In this document: positions 21,067-29,227 of the stretch, piece after piece
Layout: each line of letters starts with the position of its first letter
Numbering within the stretch: position 1 is the first letter of the stretch
Notes under the pieces: generated by a model
Database searches by the model: none
The model's input: only the letters and a program-made list of their open reading frames with translations
Told to the model about the DNA's origin: nothing
Position numbers and translations under genes: made by a program
Source of the DNA: a bacterium
GTDB taxonomy: Bacteria > Bdellovibrionota_C > UBA2361 > SZUA-149 > JAEUWB01
Direction of reading: 5' to 3'
NCBI GenBank assembly: GCA_016786595.1
Contig: JAEUWB010000006.1
Location: 50,648-114,647, forward strand
DNA: 64,000 nucleotides

Positions 21067-21893
21067 CTGCCCGAGGCACCTCCTCCACCAAAACTCCCTC
21101 CTCCCCCACTAAAGCCGCCACCCCCTGAACTCCAACCTCCACCTGAACTTGTTGAATACCTGCCAGTCCCCCAAGTCCGGTTATTCTCCAGGGAGGAAAA
21201 AATGAAAACTATCAGGCCGGCAATACACGCTGTAAGAAAAGAGAGCGCAAACAATGAAAGCACGCATGTGACAAGCGCAGCAATTGTCGCGCCACGTTTG
21301 CGGCCCAGTGAATATTTGAGGATCGAAGCTAAAAACAAGCCAAGAACTACAAAGACCGGGAATAAGTCTACCAATGTTGAATCGTATTGGGGCAGAGGGA
21401 GTTTCTCGCCAGCAATGGCTTTCTGCATCGCCCAAACACCTTCCGTTATACCTTGTCCGAATTCGCCAGCTTGAAATCGGGGAGTGATAATTTCCGAGAT
21501 GATGCGTTTACAAATTGCATCCGGAAGTGCCCCTTCAAGGCCGTAACCAACTTCAATCCGCATACTACGGTCTTGCTTAGCAACAATCAGAATCACGCCA
21601 TCATTGATTTTTTCACGACCAATTTTCCAAGTTTCTGCAAGTCGGATCCCAAAACTTTCGATTGCCTCGCCTGCTGTAGTCGGAAGAATTAAGACAGCAA
21701 TCTGCGATCCTTTTTCTTTTTCAAACTGAGCAAGACCATTCTCGAGCACTGCTTTCTCAGGGCCAGTCAGCGTCGAGCTTAAGTCGACAACACGCCCAGT
21801 CAGTTCGGGAATTTCAATCAGTGCAAAGGCAGAGAGTGGTAGCGTGAAGCAAAGTGTGGCAAGAAACAATTTACAGATTAAACTACGAATCAT
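21060..21893 (-). CDS. TPM-domain protein (YgcG-like) with signal peptide, C-terminal TM and a Gly-rich tail
   Basis: GSQIAVLILP...DRSMRIEVGYGLEG TPM core; GGGGFSGGGGSFGGGG tail. Confidence 0.7.
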   Translation of the reverse strand: MIRSLICKLFLATLCFTLPLSAFALIEIPELTGRVVDLSSTLTGPEKAVLENGLAQFEKEKGSQIAVLILPTTAGEAIESFGIRLAETWKIGREKINDGVILIVAKQDRSMRIEVGYGLEGALPDAICKRIISEIITPRFQAGEFGQGITEGVWAMQKAIAGEKLPLPQYDSTLVDLFPVFVVLGLFLASILKYSLGRKRGATIAALVTCVLSLFALSFLTACIAGLIVFIFSSLENNRTWGTGRYSTSSGGGWSSGGGGFSGGGGSFGGGGASGRW

Positions 21894-21937
21894 TTCCTTT
21901 TCGCTTTATTTAGAACACGTCAGGGAAGTTTTGATTA

Positions 21938-22052
21938 TGTTCGAGGTTGAGACGAGTTCGAGGAACGGGAATTGCGAGCAGCAGAGTTTATTGTAATAAA
22001 TGAGCAGCGCAGCAATGTCCCGTTCTGAAGAAATCGGCCAAGATCGGACATA
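21938..22052. repeat. MITE-like structured repeat (family 3), copy 1, inserted between lemA and its TPM partner genes
   Basis: Shares 'tttattgtaataaatgagcagcgcagcaat' and 'aatcggccaagatcggac' with copies at 23372 and 28411. Confidence 0.7.
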
Positions 22053-22064
22053 AGCAGAGCTTCC

Positions 22065-22649
22065 TTAAAATGAAACCTTCGGCGGCACACTTACCGCTTT
22101 TTCATTTTCAACTGCAAAATTTTCTTTAGTCGAGTAACCAAAAATCTTTGCGGTTAAGTTTGATGGGAATTTGCGCACCAAAACGTTATAGGACTTGACG
22201 GCTTCGATATAACGCAAGCGCGCTACAGCAACGCGGTTTTCTGTACCTTCAAGTTGTGCCTGTAAATCTCTAAATACTCCGTCTGCTTTAAGCTGCGGAT
22301 AATTTTCAGAAACGGCAATCAAACGCGAAAGCGCCGAAGATAATTCACCTTGAGCTGCTTGGAATTTCTGCATGGCAGCAGCATCGCCAATTGAATCAGC
22401 ATTAACTTGAATGCCCCCTACTTTGGCACGTGCATTAGTGATTGATTCCAAAACCTCTTTTTCGTGATCGGCATAACCCTTCACGACATTAACGAGATTC
22501 GGAATCAAATCAGCGCGGCGCTGATATTGATTGAGAATTTCACTCCAGGCTGACTTTATTTCTTCGTCAAATAATTGGAAGCGGTTGTATCCACAGCCGG
22601 CTGTGGATACGATTAGGAATAACATTACTAATCTAATAATATTTTTCAT
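22065..22649 (-). CDS. lemA: LemA family protein
   Basis: N-terminal TM, then the conserved LemA region (...ENYPQLKADGVFRDLQAQLEGTENRVAVARLRY...). The ATG at 22649 with a GGAGG RBS is preferred over the longer ORF. Confidence 0.8.
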   Translation of the reverse strand: MKNIIRLVMLFLIVSTAGCGYNRFQLFDEEIKSAWSEILNQYQRRADLIPNLVNVVKGYADHEKEVLESITNARAKVGGIQVNADSIGDAAAMQKFQAAQGELSSALSRLIAVSENYPQLKADGVFRDLQAQLEGTENRVAVARLRYIEAVKSYNVLVRKFPSNLTAKIFGYSTKENFAVENEKAVSVPPKVSF

Positions 22650-22822
22650 AAAGAAAGCCTCCGAGAAAAGAATCACCTGAAAACAATTACGACAGATACA
22701 GATCGAGAAATCTGGCAAAATTATACATCAATAAGCAACAACTCCCGATAAGTGGCCGATAATTATGATGTAATTCAAAATTTTTCTAACCAGAAACCCA
22801 AAATAACTAAAGAGGATAATTT

Positions 22823-23092
22823 ATGCCAGTCATTTCAATGTTTTACGGCCTGATTGTTACGATGTATTTTTTAGATACCAAAAAGCACAATTTGCCCCAC
22901 ATACATGTACGCTATCAAAATTACGAGGCAGTGTATGGTATTGAAACATCAGAGTTGCTCGAAGGTTCCCTACCAATTAATAAAGAACGGATTTTATTAG
23001 CTTGGATTGAGCTGCACCGTGACGAACTATTGGCAAATTGGAGTTTAGCCATTGAGGCGCTACCACTGTTCAAAATCGACCCATTAAAGTAA
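22823..23092 (+). CDS. DUF4160-family small protein
   Basis: 89 aa; MPVISMFYG...LPHIHVRY pattern typical of DUF4160; strong RBS AAGAGGA. Confidence 0.6.
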   Translation: MPVISMFYGLIVTMYFLDTKKHNLPHIHVRYQNYEAVYGIETSELLEGSLPINKERILLAWIELHRDELLANWSLAIEALPLFKIDPLK

Positions 23093-23101
23093 AATACCTA
23101 C

Positions 23102-23350
23102 ATGAACCCAAGAGTTGTATCAGTCAAAGCAAATGATGATTATACCTTAGTATTGGTCTTTACTAACGGAGAAACTCGTATTTTTGACGCAGCTAATTTG
23201 TTAGATACTGGTGTATTTAAGGCACTAAAAGATATAACCCAATTCAGGCAAGCAGCTGTTGCTTATGGAACAGTAATCTGGCCCGGTGAGATTGATTTGT
23301 GCCCAGATACCCTTTACGAAGACAGTAAACTATTAGCGACTCTAGGCTGA
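23102..23350 (+). CDS. DUF2442-family small protein
   Basis: 82 aa, 9 nt downstream of the DUF4160 gene; this is the canonical pairing. Confidence 0.6.
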   Translation: MNPRVVSVKANDDYTLVLVFTNGETRIFDAANLLDTGVFKALKDITQFRQAAVAYGTVIWPGEIDLCPDTLYEDSKLLATLG

Positions 23351-23371
23351 GTGCCCAAATAAATACATATC

Positions 23372-23470
23372 CGTTGAGGTTCAACAAAAATCTCCCGCGA
23401 CGACTTGTCCGCCGTAGTCGGCGAAACTGCGTAGGCGGAAGAAATTTGGCCAAGAACGGACTTAAATACT
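23372..23470. repeat. MITE-like structured repeat (family 3), copy 2 (right-half variant), abutting the 3' end of sucD
   Basis: 'cgacttgtccgccgtagtcggcgaaactgcgtaggcggaagaaatttggccaagaacggac' matches 28508..28562. Confidence 0.7.
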
Positions 23471-24342
23471 TAGCGATTGAGCAACTCCCGCATAGCCACC
23501 CCAATCGTCGCCGGGGATCGCGTTGTTGCCACACCGGCTTTTTCCAGAGCTTTGAACTTTCCTTCGGCAGTTCCCGAACCACCGCTGATGATTGCACCAG
23601 CATGGCCCATGCGTCGCCCCTCAGGAGCTGTCGCTCCACCGATAAAACCAACAACAGGCTTTTTCACGTGAGACTTAATATATTCCGCGGCCTCTTCTTC
23701 AGCAGTTCCACCAATCTCACCAATCATCACGATCGCATCAGTGTCGCGATCTTCATTGAAAAGCTTCAAGCAATCGATAAAGTTTGTGCCATTTAATGGA
23801 TCGCCACCAATACCAATACAAGTCGATTGACCAATCCCGAGCGAAGTCAATTGATCAACAGCTTCATAGGTGAGTGTTCCTGACCTGGAAACAACACCGA
23901 CTCGACCAGGCAAGTGAATGTGGCCGGGCATGATACCAATCTTACAGGCGCCAGGTGTAATAATTCCTGGACAGTTTGGACCGATCAGGCGCGTGTTAGA
24001 ATTTTTAAGATAGGTTTTGACTTGGAGCATGTCACGCACGGGAATACCTTCAGTGATACAGACAACAAGCGGTACTCCAGCATCGCAAGCTTCAAGAATT
24101 GCATCTGCGGCGAAAGGAGGAGGGACATAGATCACGCTGGCGTTGGCCCCTGTGGCCTTAACAGCATCCTTAACTGAATCAAATACAGGGATGCCTTCTG
24201 CCGTTTCGCCACCTTTGCCGGGACTTACCCCCGCAACCATTTGCGTGCCGTACTCTTTACAGGCCTTGGTATGAAACATGCCGGTTTTGCCGGTCATGCC
24301 TTGTGTTAGTACTTTTGTATTTTTATCAACTAAAACAGCCAT
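23470..24342 (-). CDS. sucD: Succinyl-CoA synthetase alpha subunit
   Basis: Near-colinear with the E. coli SucD sequence ([27 protein letters not shown]). Confidence 0.95.
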   Translation of the reverse strand: MAVLVDKNTKVLTQGMTGKTGMFHTKACKEYGTQMVAGVSPGKGGETAEGIPVFDSVKDAVKATGANASVIYVPPPFAADAILEACDAGVPLVVCITEGIPVRDMLQVKTYLKNSNTRLIGPNCPGIITPGACKIGIMPGHIHLPGRVGVVSRSGTLTYEAVDQLTSLGIGQSTCIGIGGDPLNGTNFIDCLKLFNEDRDTDAIVMIGEIGGTAEEEAAEYIKSHVKKPVVGFIGGATAPEGRRMGHAGAIISGGSGTAEGKFKALEKAGVATTRSPATIGVAMRELLNR

Positions 24343-24348
24343 TTTCTT

Positions 24349-25515
24349 TTATCCTTTCGCAACCTCAGCAACAATCTTCTTTGCCGCATCCGCCATATCG
24401 TCAGCTGGAATGATTTTTAATCCTGAATCAGCAAGCATTTTTTTGCCAATATCAACGTTTGTACCCTTGAGGCGCACTACCAGTGGAACTTTAATCGAGA
24501 GTTCCTTGGCCGCTTCAATAATACCCCCGGCAATTACATCGCAGCGCATAATGCCGCCAAAAATATTGACTAAAATGCCTTTGACACTTGAGTCGCTAAG
24601 AATCAGCTTAAAAGCTTCGGTCACCATTTCCTTAGTTGCACCACCACCGACATCGAGGAAGTTAGCTGGTGAACCGCCAGCCTGCTTGATGATGTCCATG
24701 GTTGCCATCGCTAAGCCTGCGCCATTTACCATACAACCGATGTTGCCATCTAAAGCGATATAGTTAATGCCTAGTTCGCCGGCGCGGATTTCACGCTCAT
24801 CGATTTCATCATAATCGAGGCGATCAAAGCCATCCTTTTGGCGATACAAAGCGTTATCGTCGAGTGCCATTTTAGCATCAAGACAAATGAAATTTCCTTC
24901 CGTAGTTTCAATCAAGGGATTAATTTCTAGCATCGAACAATCAAGCTCGAGAAATGCACGATAGAGGTTTTTTACAACCGGCGTTAATTTCTTTTGCAAA
25001 TCCTTATCAAGCTTTAAGAACTGACCAATCGAGCGGATATGGAAATCCTGTAGGCCCGTTTCGGGAAGCACGTTCACTGTCAAAACTTTTTCTGGATTTT
25101 TGTGGGCGATTTCCTCAATCTCCATTCCGCCTTCGGCGCTGATGATAAATGAAACACAAGTACTTTCACGGTTCATAATCAAACTGAGATAAAACTCACG
25201 TTTGATATCCGAAGCTTTTTCGACCCAAACCTTGCGCACTAAGCGACCTTGTGGACCAGTTTGTGGAGAGACTAGAGTCATGCCGATAATTTTTTCACCT
25301 AAACTGAAAGCCTCGTTAGGAGTTTTGGCAAGTTTAACACCGCCACCCTTTCCACGACCACCAGCGTGAATTTGGGCTTTGACCACAGTCAGTCCGCCAC
25401 CTAAATTAACCGCCGCCTTTTTAACTTCTCGCGGCGTATAACAAAGAAATCCTGGATTAACTGGTAATCCAAATTTTCCTAAAAAATCCTTGGCTTGATA
25501 CTCATGTAAATTCAT
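24349..25515 (-). CDS. sucC: Succinyl-CoA synthetase beta subunit
   Basis: [11 protein letters not shown]... ATP-grasp N-terminus; adjacent to sucD. Confidence 0.95.
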   Translation of the reverse strand: MNLHEYQAKDFLGKFGLPVNPGFLCYTPREVKKAAVNLGGGLTVVKAQIHAGGRGKGGGVKLAKTPNEAFSLGEKIIGMTLVSPQTGPQGRLVRKVWVEKASDIKREFYLSLIMNRESTCVSFIISAEGGMEIEEIAHKNPEKVLTVNVLPETGLQDFHIRSIGQFLKLDKDLQKKLTPVVKNLYRAFLELDCSMLEINPLIETTEGNFICLDAKMALDDNALYRQKDGFDRLDYDEIDEREIRAGELGINYIALDGNIGCMVNGAGLAMATMDIIKQAGGSPANFLDVGGGATKEMVTEAFKLILSDSSVKGILVNIFGGIMRCDVIAGGIIEAAKELSIKVPLVVRLKGTNVDIGKKMLADSGLKIIPADDMADAAKKIVAEVAKG

Positions 25516-25538
25516 TGATTAGTACCTTAATTAATCAC

Positions 25539-26471
25539 TTACTTATTTAAACTTGCTACAAGATCACGCACATGCGAGGCGCTCACAGCTAGTTCTTGCT
25601 TTTCTTTTTCAGTCATTTCGATTTCAACGACTTTCTCTACGCCCTTCGCGCCGATAATTGTGGGAACGCCCATGTAGAGATCCTTAAACCCGTATTCGCC
25701 ACGGAGATAAGCTGCGCAAGGGATCACTTTCTTTTGGTCGAAAAGATAGCTCTCGGCCATTTCGATCGCTGAAATTGCTGGCGAGTAGAAGGCTGAGCCA
25801 GTCTTGAGTAGCGCTACAACTTCGCCACCCGATCCACGCACGCGTTTCTCGATAGCATCGAGACGATCTCCAGGAATCAGCTGCGCAACTGGAACGCCAT
25901 TAACAGTAGTGTAGGATCGGATCGGCACCATATCATCGCCATGTCCGCCAAGCACGAAAGCTGAAACCGATGTCGGAGAAATTTTTAATTCTTCGGCAAT
26001 ATGCGCACGATAACGCGCTGAATCAAGAACGCCAGCCATACCCACAACGCGCTCATGTGGGAAGCCAGTTTCCTTTTGGCAAAGAGTTACCATCACGTCT
26101 AGCGGGTTAGAGACAACAATTACAAAAGCGTTAGCGGCGTATTGTTTAACGCCTTGCGCTACGGTTTTCATGATGCCCGCATTTGTCGCAATTAAATCAT
26201 CGCGGCTCATTCCAGGCTTACGTGGAATTCCCGCTGTAATGATCACGACGTCTGCGCCTTCGATATCTTTATAATCTGTGGTGCCTTTGACTGCTACAGA
26301 AGTGCCAAGCACTGGTGCTGCATGCGTGAGATCGAGCGCTTTCCCGGCGGCAACTCCATCGGCAACGTCAAACATCACAACGTCCCCAAGTCCACGCTCG
26401 AGGGCAAATAAAGCAAGTGTTCCACCAATATTTCCAGCACCGATCAGGGCAATTTTACGACGTGTTTTCAT
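25539..26471 (-). CDS. mdh: Malate dehydrogenase (LDH-like family)
   Basis: KIALIGAGNIGGTLA Rossmann motif; ATG at 26471 preferred over the longer ORF. Confidence 0.85.
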   Translation of the reverse strand: MKTRRKIALIGAGNIGGTLALFALERGLGDVVMFDVADGVAAGKALDLTHAAPVLGTSVAVKGTTDYKDIEGADVVIITAGIPRKPGMSRDDLIATNAGIMKTVAQGVKQYAANAFVIVVSNPLDVMVTLCQKETGFPHERVVGMAGVLDSARYRAHIAEELKISPTSVSAFVLGGHGDDMVPIRSYTTVNGVPVAQLIPGDRLDAIEKRVRGSGGEVVALLKTGSAFYSPAISAIEMAESYLFDQKKVIPCAAYLRGEYGFKDLYMGVPTIIGAKGVEKVVEIEMTEKEKQELAVSASHVRDLVASLNK

Positions 26472-26785
26472 AATTATTTTGCAGTCTCCAATTAACGTAC
26501 AACGCCGGTTTGTATACAGAATTAGATCTGGCCGCAACTGTAGAGATAAATAGTCCGTAATTGCTTAATTTAAAAATCTTGAGTAATAATGAGCCCCTTT
26601 CGGGTAGTAGGGGATTATTAATAGGTTTTGAAACTGTTTTCAAAAGTTAATTTATTAACTTTTAGAAAACACTTCATCGCACCGTAGTCCCAATTTTTAA
26701 TTGGGCGAAGGCGGATAAGCCTTGCGAATCTGTTGGTTCAAGTTGCTCGCCATGATGCGGGCAAGTTCAACCAACAGGTGAAGTT

Positions 26786-27025
26786 ATGGGGAAATTTAAT
26801 CCAGAAGAAAGCCGTCTCTATCGGCAGTTCCGCACGGGCGGACTCGTTCTCGTCATTTGTGCAGTGCTAATTGGCATGCTTGGCATGAGTCCGATCGCCC
26901 AGCGACTTGATGCCTCAGTCTTTGGAATGCTGGCACTGCTATGCCTTTTTGGCGGGGTGATGCTGATCTTGATCGGCCTCGGGCTTTTCCTCCTGACAAT
27001 ACTCAAGGGGAGCAAAAGACTGTGA
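26786..27025 (+). CDS. Small hydrophobic protein (79 aa, 2 TM)
   Basis: ORF only. Confidence 0.3.
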   Translation: MGKFNPEESRLYRQFRTGGLVLVICAVLIGMLGMSPIAQRLDASVFGMLALLCLFGGVMLILIGLGLFLLTILKGSKRL

Positions 27026-27243
27026 AGTGCATCAGTTTAGCGCTACTCGTTGCTCTAACATTGAGCGCAATCGTTGCAACAAAGCTCAATCTTAACACGG
27101 TCGCAGAGTCTCTCTTGCTACTCTCTGCCTTGGGCTGGATTATCGTTTTGGCGATTTTTCATGCTCAGGCCAAAACCAAATTTTGGGAGGAAAACGCTGC
27201 GCGGCTGTTCCCTAACAGCTCCAAAGGCATTCCCAAAGACTAA
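27022..27243 (+). CDS. Small hydrophobic protein (GTG start overlapping the preceding stop; 73 aa, 2 TM)
   Basis: GTGA overlap with the previous ORF; hydrophobic. Confidence 0.3.
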   Translation: MKCISLALLVALTLSAIVATKLNLNTVAESLLLLSALGWIIVLAIFHAQAKTKFWEENAARLFPNSSKGIPKD

Positions 27244-27248
27244 ACACT

Positions 27249-27503
27249 ATGAACGATCAAGGAACGCAAGAAAACTTAAAGGCAGAGTCCGGTCACATTC
27301 CTGGCTGGCTTTTACTTTTGCTCGTCGTGGTGATGTTGTTGTGCTACCTTGATGGATCGATCTTGAACCTGGTCGATCCAAGCAATGCTCCACATCAATC
27401 AACAGGGGAAAAATTGATCGAGTCATTCGAGGCTGGAGCTAATCGATTTTCCCGAGACCCAAGTCTTGATGGCATCAGCCCAGAAGAAGCAGGTGAAAAG
27501 TAA
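27249..27503 (+). CDS. Small membrane protein (84 aa)
   Basis: ORF with one TM helix. Confidence 0.3.
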   Translation: MNDQGTQENLKAESGHIPGWLLLLLVVVMLLCYLDGSILNLVDPSNAPHQSTGEKLIESFEAGANRFSRDPSLDGISPEEAGEK

Positions 27504-27660
27504 CTGCGACTACGACCATGCTTGGGCCTAAGGTTGATCAAAATCCCCTACGGCCCTCTTTGAAAATTTTCTATAAACATCTTGAATGACCTGTTGCATT
27601 AATTTATAATCGTGAACTCGGGCAGTAGAGAGAATTAACCGGTTTTACGAAGGATGATAT

Positions 27661-27724
27661 CCTCGAGGTAATGATTTAAGTCGGCGGCGCTTTACTGTTG
27701 CCAGCTTAAATCATTGCCTCGAGG
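27661..27724 (+). promoter_or_regulatory. 20-bp-stem hairpin ('cctcgaggtaatgatttaag' / 'cttaaatcattgcctcgagg') whose 3' arm contains the GAGGT Shine-Dalgarno of the ORF starting at 27732
   Basis: One mismatch in 20 bp; loop of 24 nt; the ATG lies 7 nt after the stem. Confidence 0.5.
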
Positions 27725-27731
27725 TAAACTC

Positions 27732-27929
27732 ATGAAACGTAGCATCAAACTCGAAATCGCAGCAGCTGTAGTTCTATTTTTGGGCTTTGCTACAACAGTT
27801 GTTGCCCATCACTATCACGCCCCGTACGCGATCCAGCAGGCTTGCGGCAAGTTCGCCTTGCTCTGTATGATTTCTGCGGGAATCTTGTTCGGCATCTTTG
27901 CAGAAAAATTTCGCATAGCGGAAGACTAA
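27732..27929 (+). CDS. Small membrane protein (65 aa, 2 TM; contains an HHYH motif)
   Basis: ATG with GAGGT SD; hydrophobic. Confidence 0.35.
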   Translation: MKRSIKLEIAAAVVLFLGFATTVVAHHYHAPYAIQQACGKFALLCMISAGILFGIFAEKFRIAED

Positions 27930-28002
27930 ACGCAAAGGTCTAAGTTGGCAAAGGTTGCAAGCAATTCTCTCTACTGCCAACTTCCTTCCCCAGAGAACAA
28001 TG

Positions 28003-28311
28003 TTACTTACTATTAGGCGCAGCTTTTGTTGTCCGAGCAATTGAATCCACCTCGTACCCTGCGTCTGTGACATATTTTTTAATTTGCTCATCGGAAAGCG
28101 TCTGACCGTCTTTGATTTCAAGGTGCATATTCTTCTTTTCTAAACTGACTTCAACTTTAGAAACTTGGGGCATATCAGAGAATGTCTTGGTCAGTCCTTG
28201 CGAGCAAAATGAGCAGACCATGCCATTGACGCCGACCTCAATTGTCTCGGCCAAAGCTTGAGTAGCGCCTAAAAACAATAAACATGTGGTAAGAATTATT
28301 TTGTGTTTCAT
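28003..28311 (-). CDS. Periplasmic heavy-metal-associated (HMA) domain protein (CopZ-like metallochaperone with signal peptide)
   Basis: GMVCSFCSQG = MxCxxC metal-binding motif; N-terminal signal peptide. Confidence 0.75.
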   Translation of the reverse strand: MKHKIILTTCLLFLGATQALAETIEVGVNGMVCSFCSQGLTKTFSDMPQVSKVEVSLEKKNMHLEIKDGQTLSDEQIKKYVTDAGYEVDSIARTTKAAPNSK

Positions 28312-28410
28312 GGTTTATACCTCGTTATCTAAGTTAACAGATTGCCGCGGTCGCATGAAATAAAATTTCATGCTCCCTCGCAATGACTGACGGCCCCGTT
28401 CGCCATCTCT

Positions 28411-28576
28411 GAATACGGTTGAGATTGAGTCGATGTCGAGGAACGGACCTTAATACAGAGCAAGAAGCGCGCTTTATTGTAATAAATGAGCAGCGCAGCA
28501 ATCTCCCTGACGACTTGTGCGCCGTAGTCGGCAAAGCCGCATAGGCGGAAGAGATCGGCCAATCTCGGCCGTATTC
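28411..28576. repeat. MITE-like structured repeat (family 3), full-length copy 3 with 17-bp terminal inverted repeats 'gaatacggttgagattg' / 'caatctcggccgtattc'
   Basis: Contains both halves found separately in copies 1 and 2. Confidence 0.75.
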
Positions 28577-28577
28577 C

Positions 28578-29216
28578 CTAGAAATGCACCATCAAAGTCC
28601 CCATAACCTTACCTCGTGTCGTAACTCCCAATTCCCAAAAAACGTTAGATTTAAAAAATCTCAACAGTGGGCCGCCTTCGATTTCGTCCTCACTATCTGG
28701 TTTATAATTTATTTCGGCAAGTATCCAGGAATTTAACTCGTCAAATTCTGCGAGATATGGAGCAGCTCCCAGACGCAGCTTAAGACGATGTACATCGAGA
28801 CTTCCTTCACTTTGTAGTTCGTTGATTTCAAAAGCCGAATAAAGTCTGCGACTCTCGGCATCAAGTTGTAGACCAGCAAAGCTTGCGAGCTTAATGTCAC
28901 CATCAAAATCAGCAAGTCCGGCACCGGCCATCAGATAGAAGTTAGCTTGATAGTCAGGGGCATTTTCCCGGTAAATTAGAAAGTTAAAATGTGGATAGAT
29001 AAAATTTACGTCTCGGTCGGCGATTTCCACCCGCGATACTCCTAGGCCAACTGACTGCCGAGCGGAAAATGAATAATGCAGCATCAAGTCGTTACGACCA
29101 GGTGAGATATAATCCATTACGGCAATGCCCCCCTTGAAGGTAACCGGGTGCGCCTTAACGTATTGAGGCAGCAAAAAAATAGTCAATACAAACAAATTTT
29201 TTAAAGCACTTCTCAT
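28578..29216 (-). CDS. Putative outer-membrane beta-barrel protein (signal peptide, C-terminal Phe)
   Basis: 212 aa, alternating hydrophobic pattern, ends ...LMVHF. Confidence 0.45.
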   Translation of the reverse strand: MRSALKNLFVLTIFLLPQYVKAHPVTFKGGIAVMDYISPGRNDLMLHYSFSARQSVGLGVSRVEIADRDVNFIYPHFNFLIYRENAPDYQANFYLMAGAGLADFDGDIKLASFAGLQLDAESRRLYSAFEINELQSEGSLDVHRLKLRLGAAPYLAEFDELNSWILAEINYKPDSEDEIEGGPLLRFFKSNVFWELGVTTRGKVMGTLMVHF

Positions 29217-29227
29217 GCAGAAAGTTT

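Noticed and set aside
26540-26700. Hairpin 'cccctttcgggtagtagggg' and AT-rich palindromes upstream of mdh, considered as a riboswitch or sRNA
   Set aside because: Short and generic; most simply explained as promoter/leader sequence.
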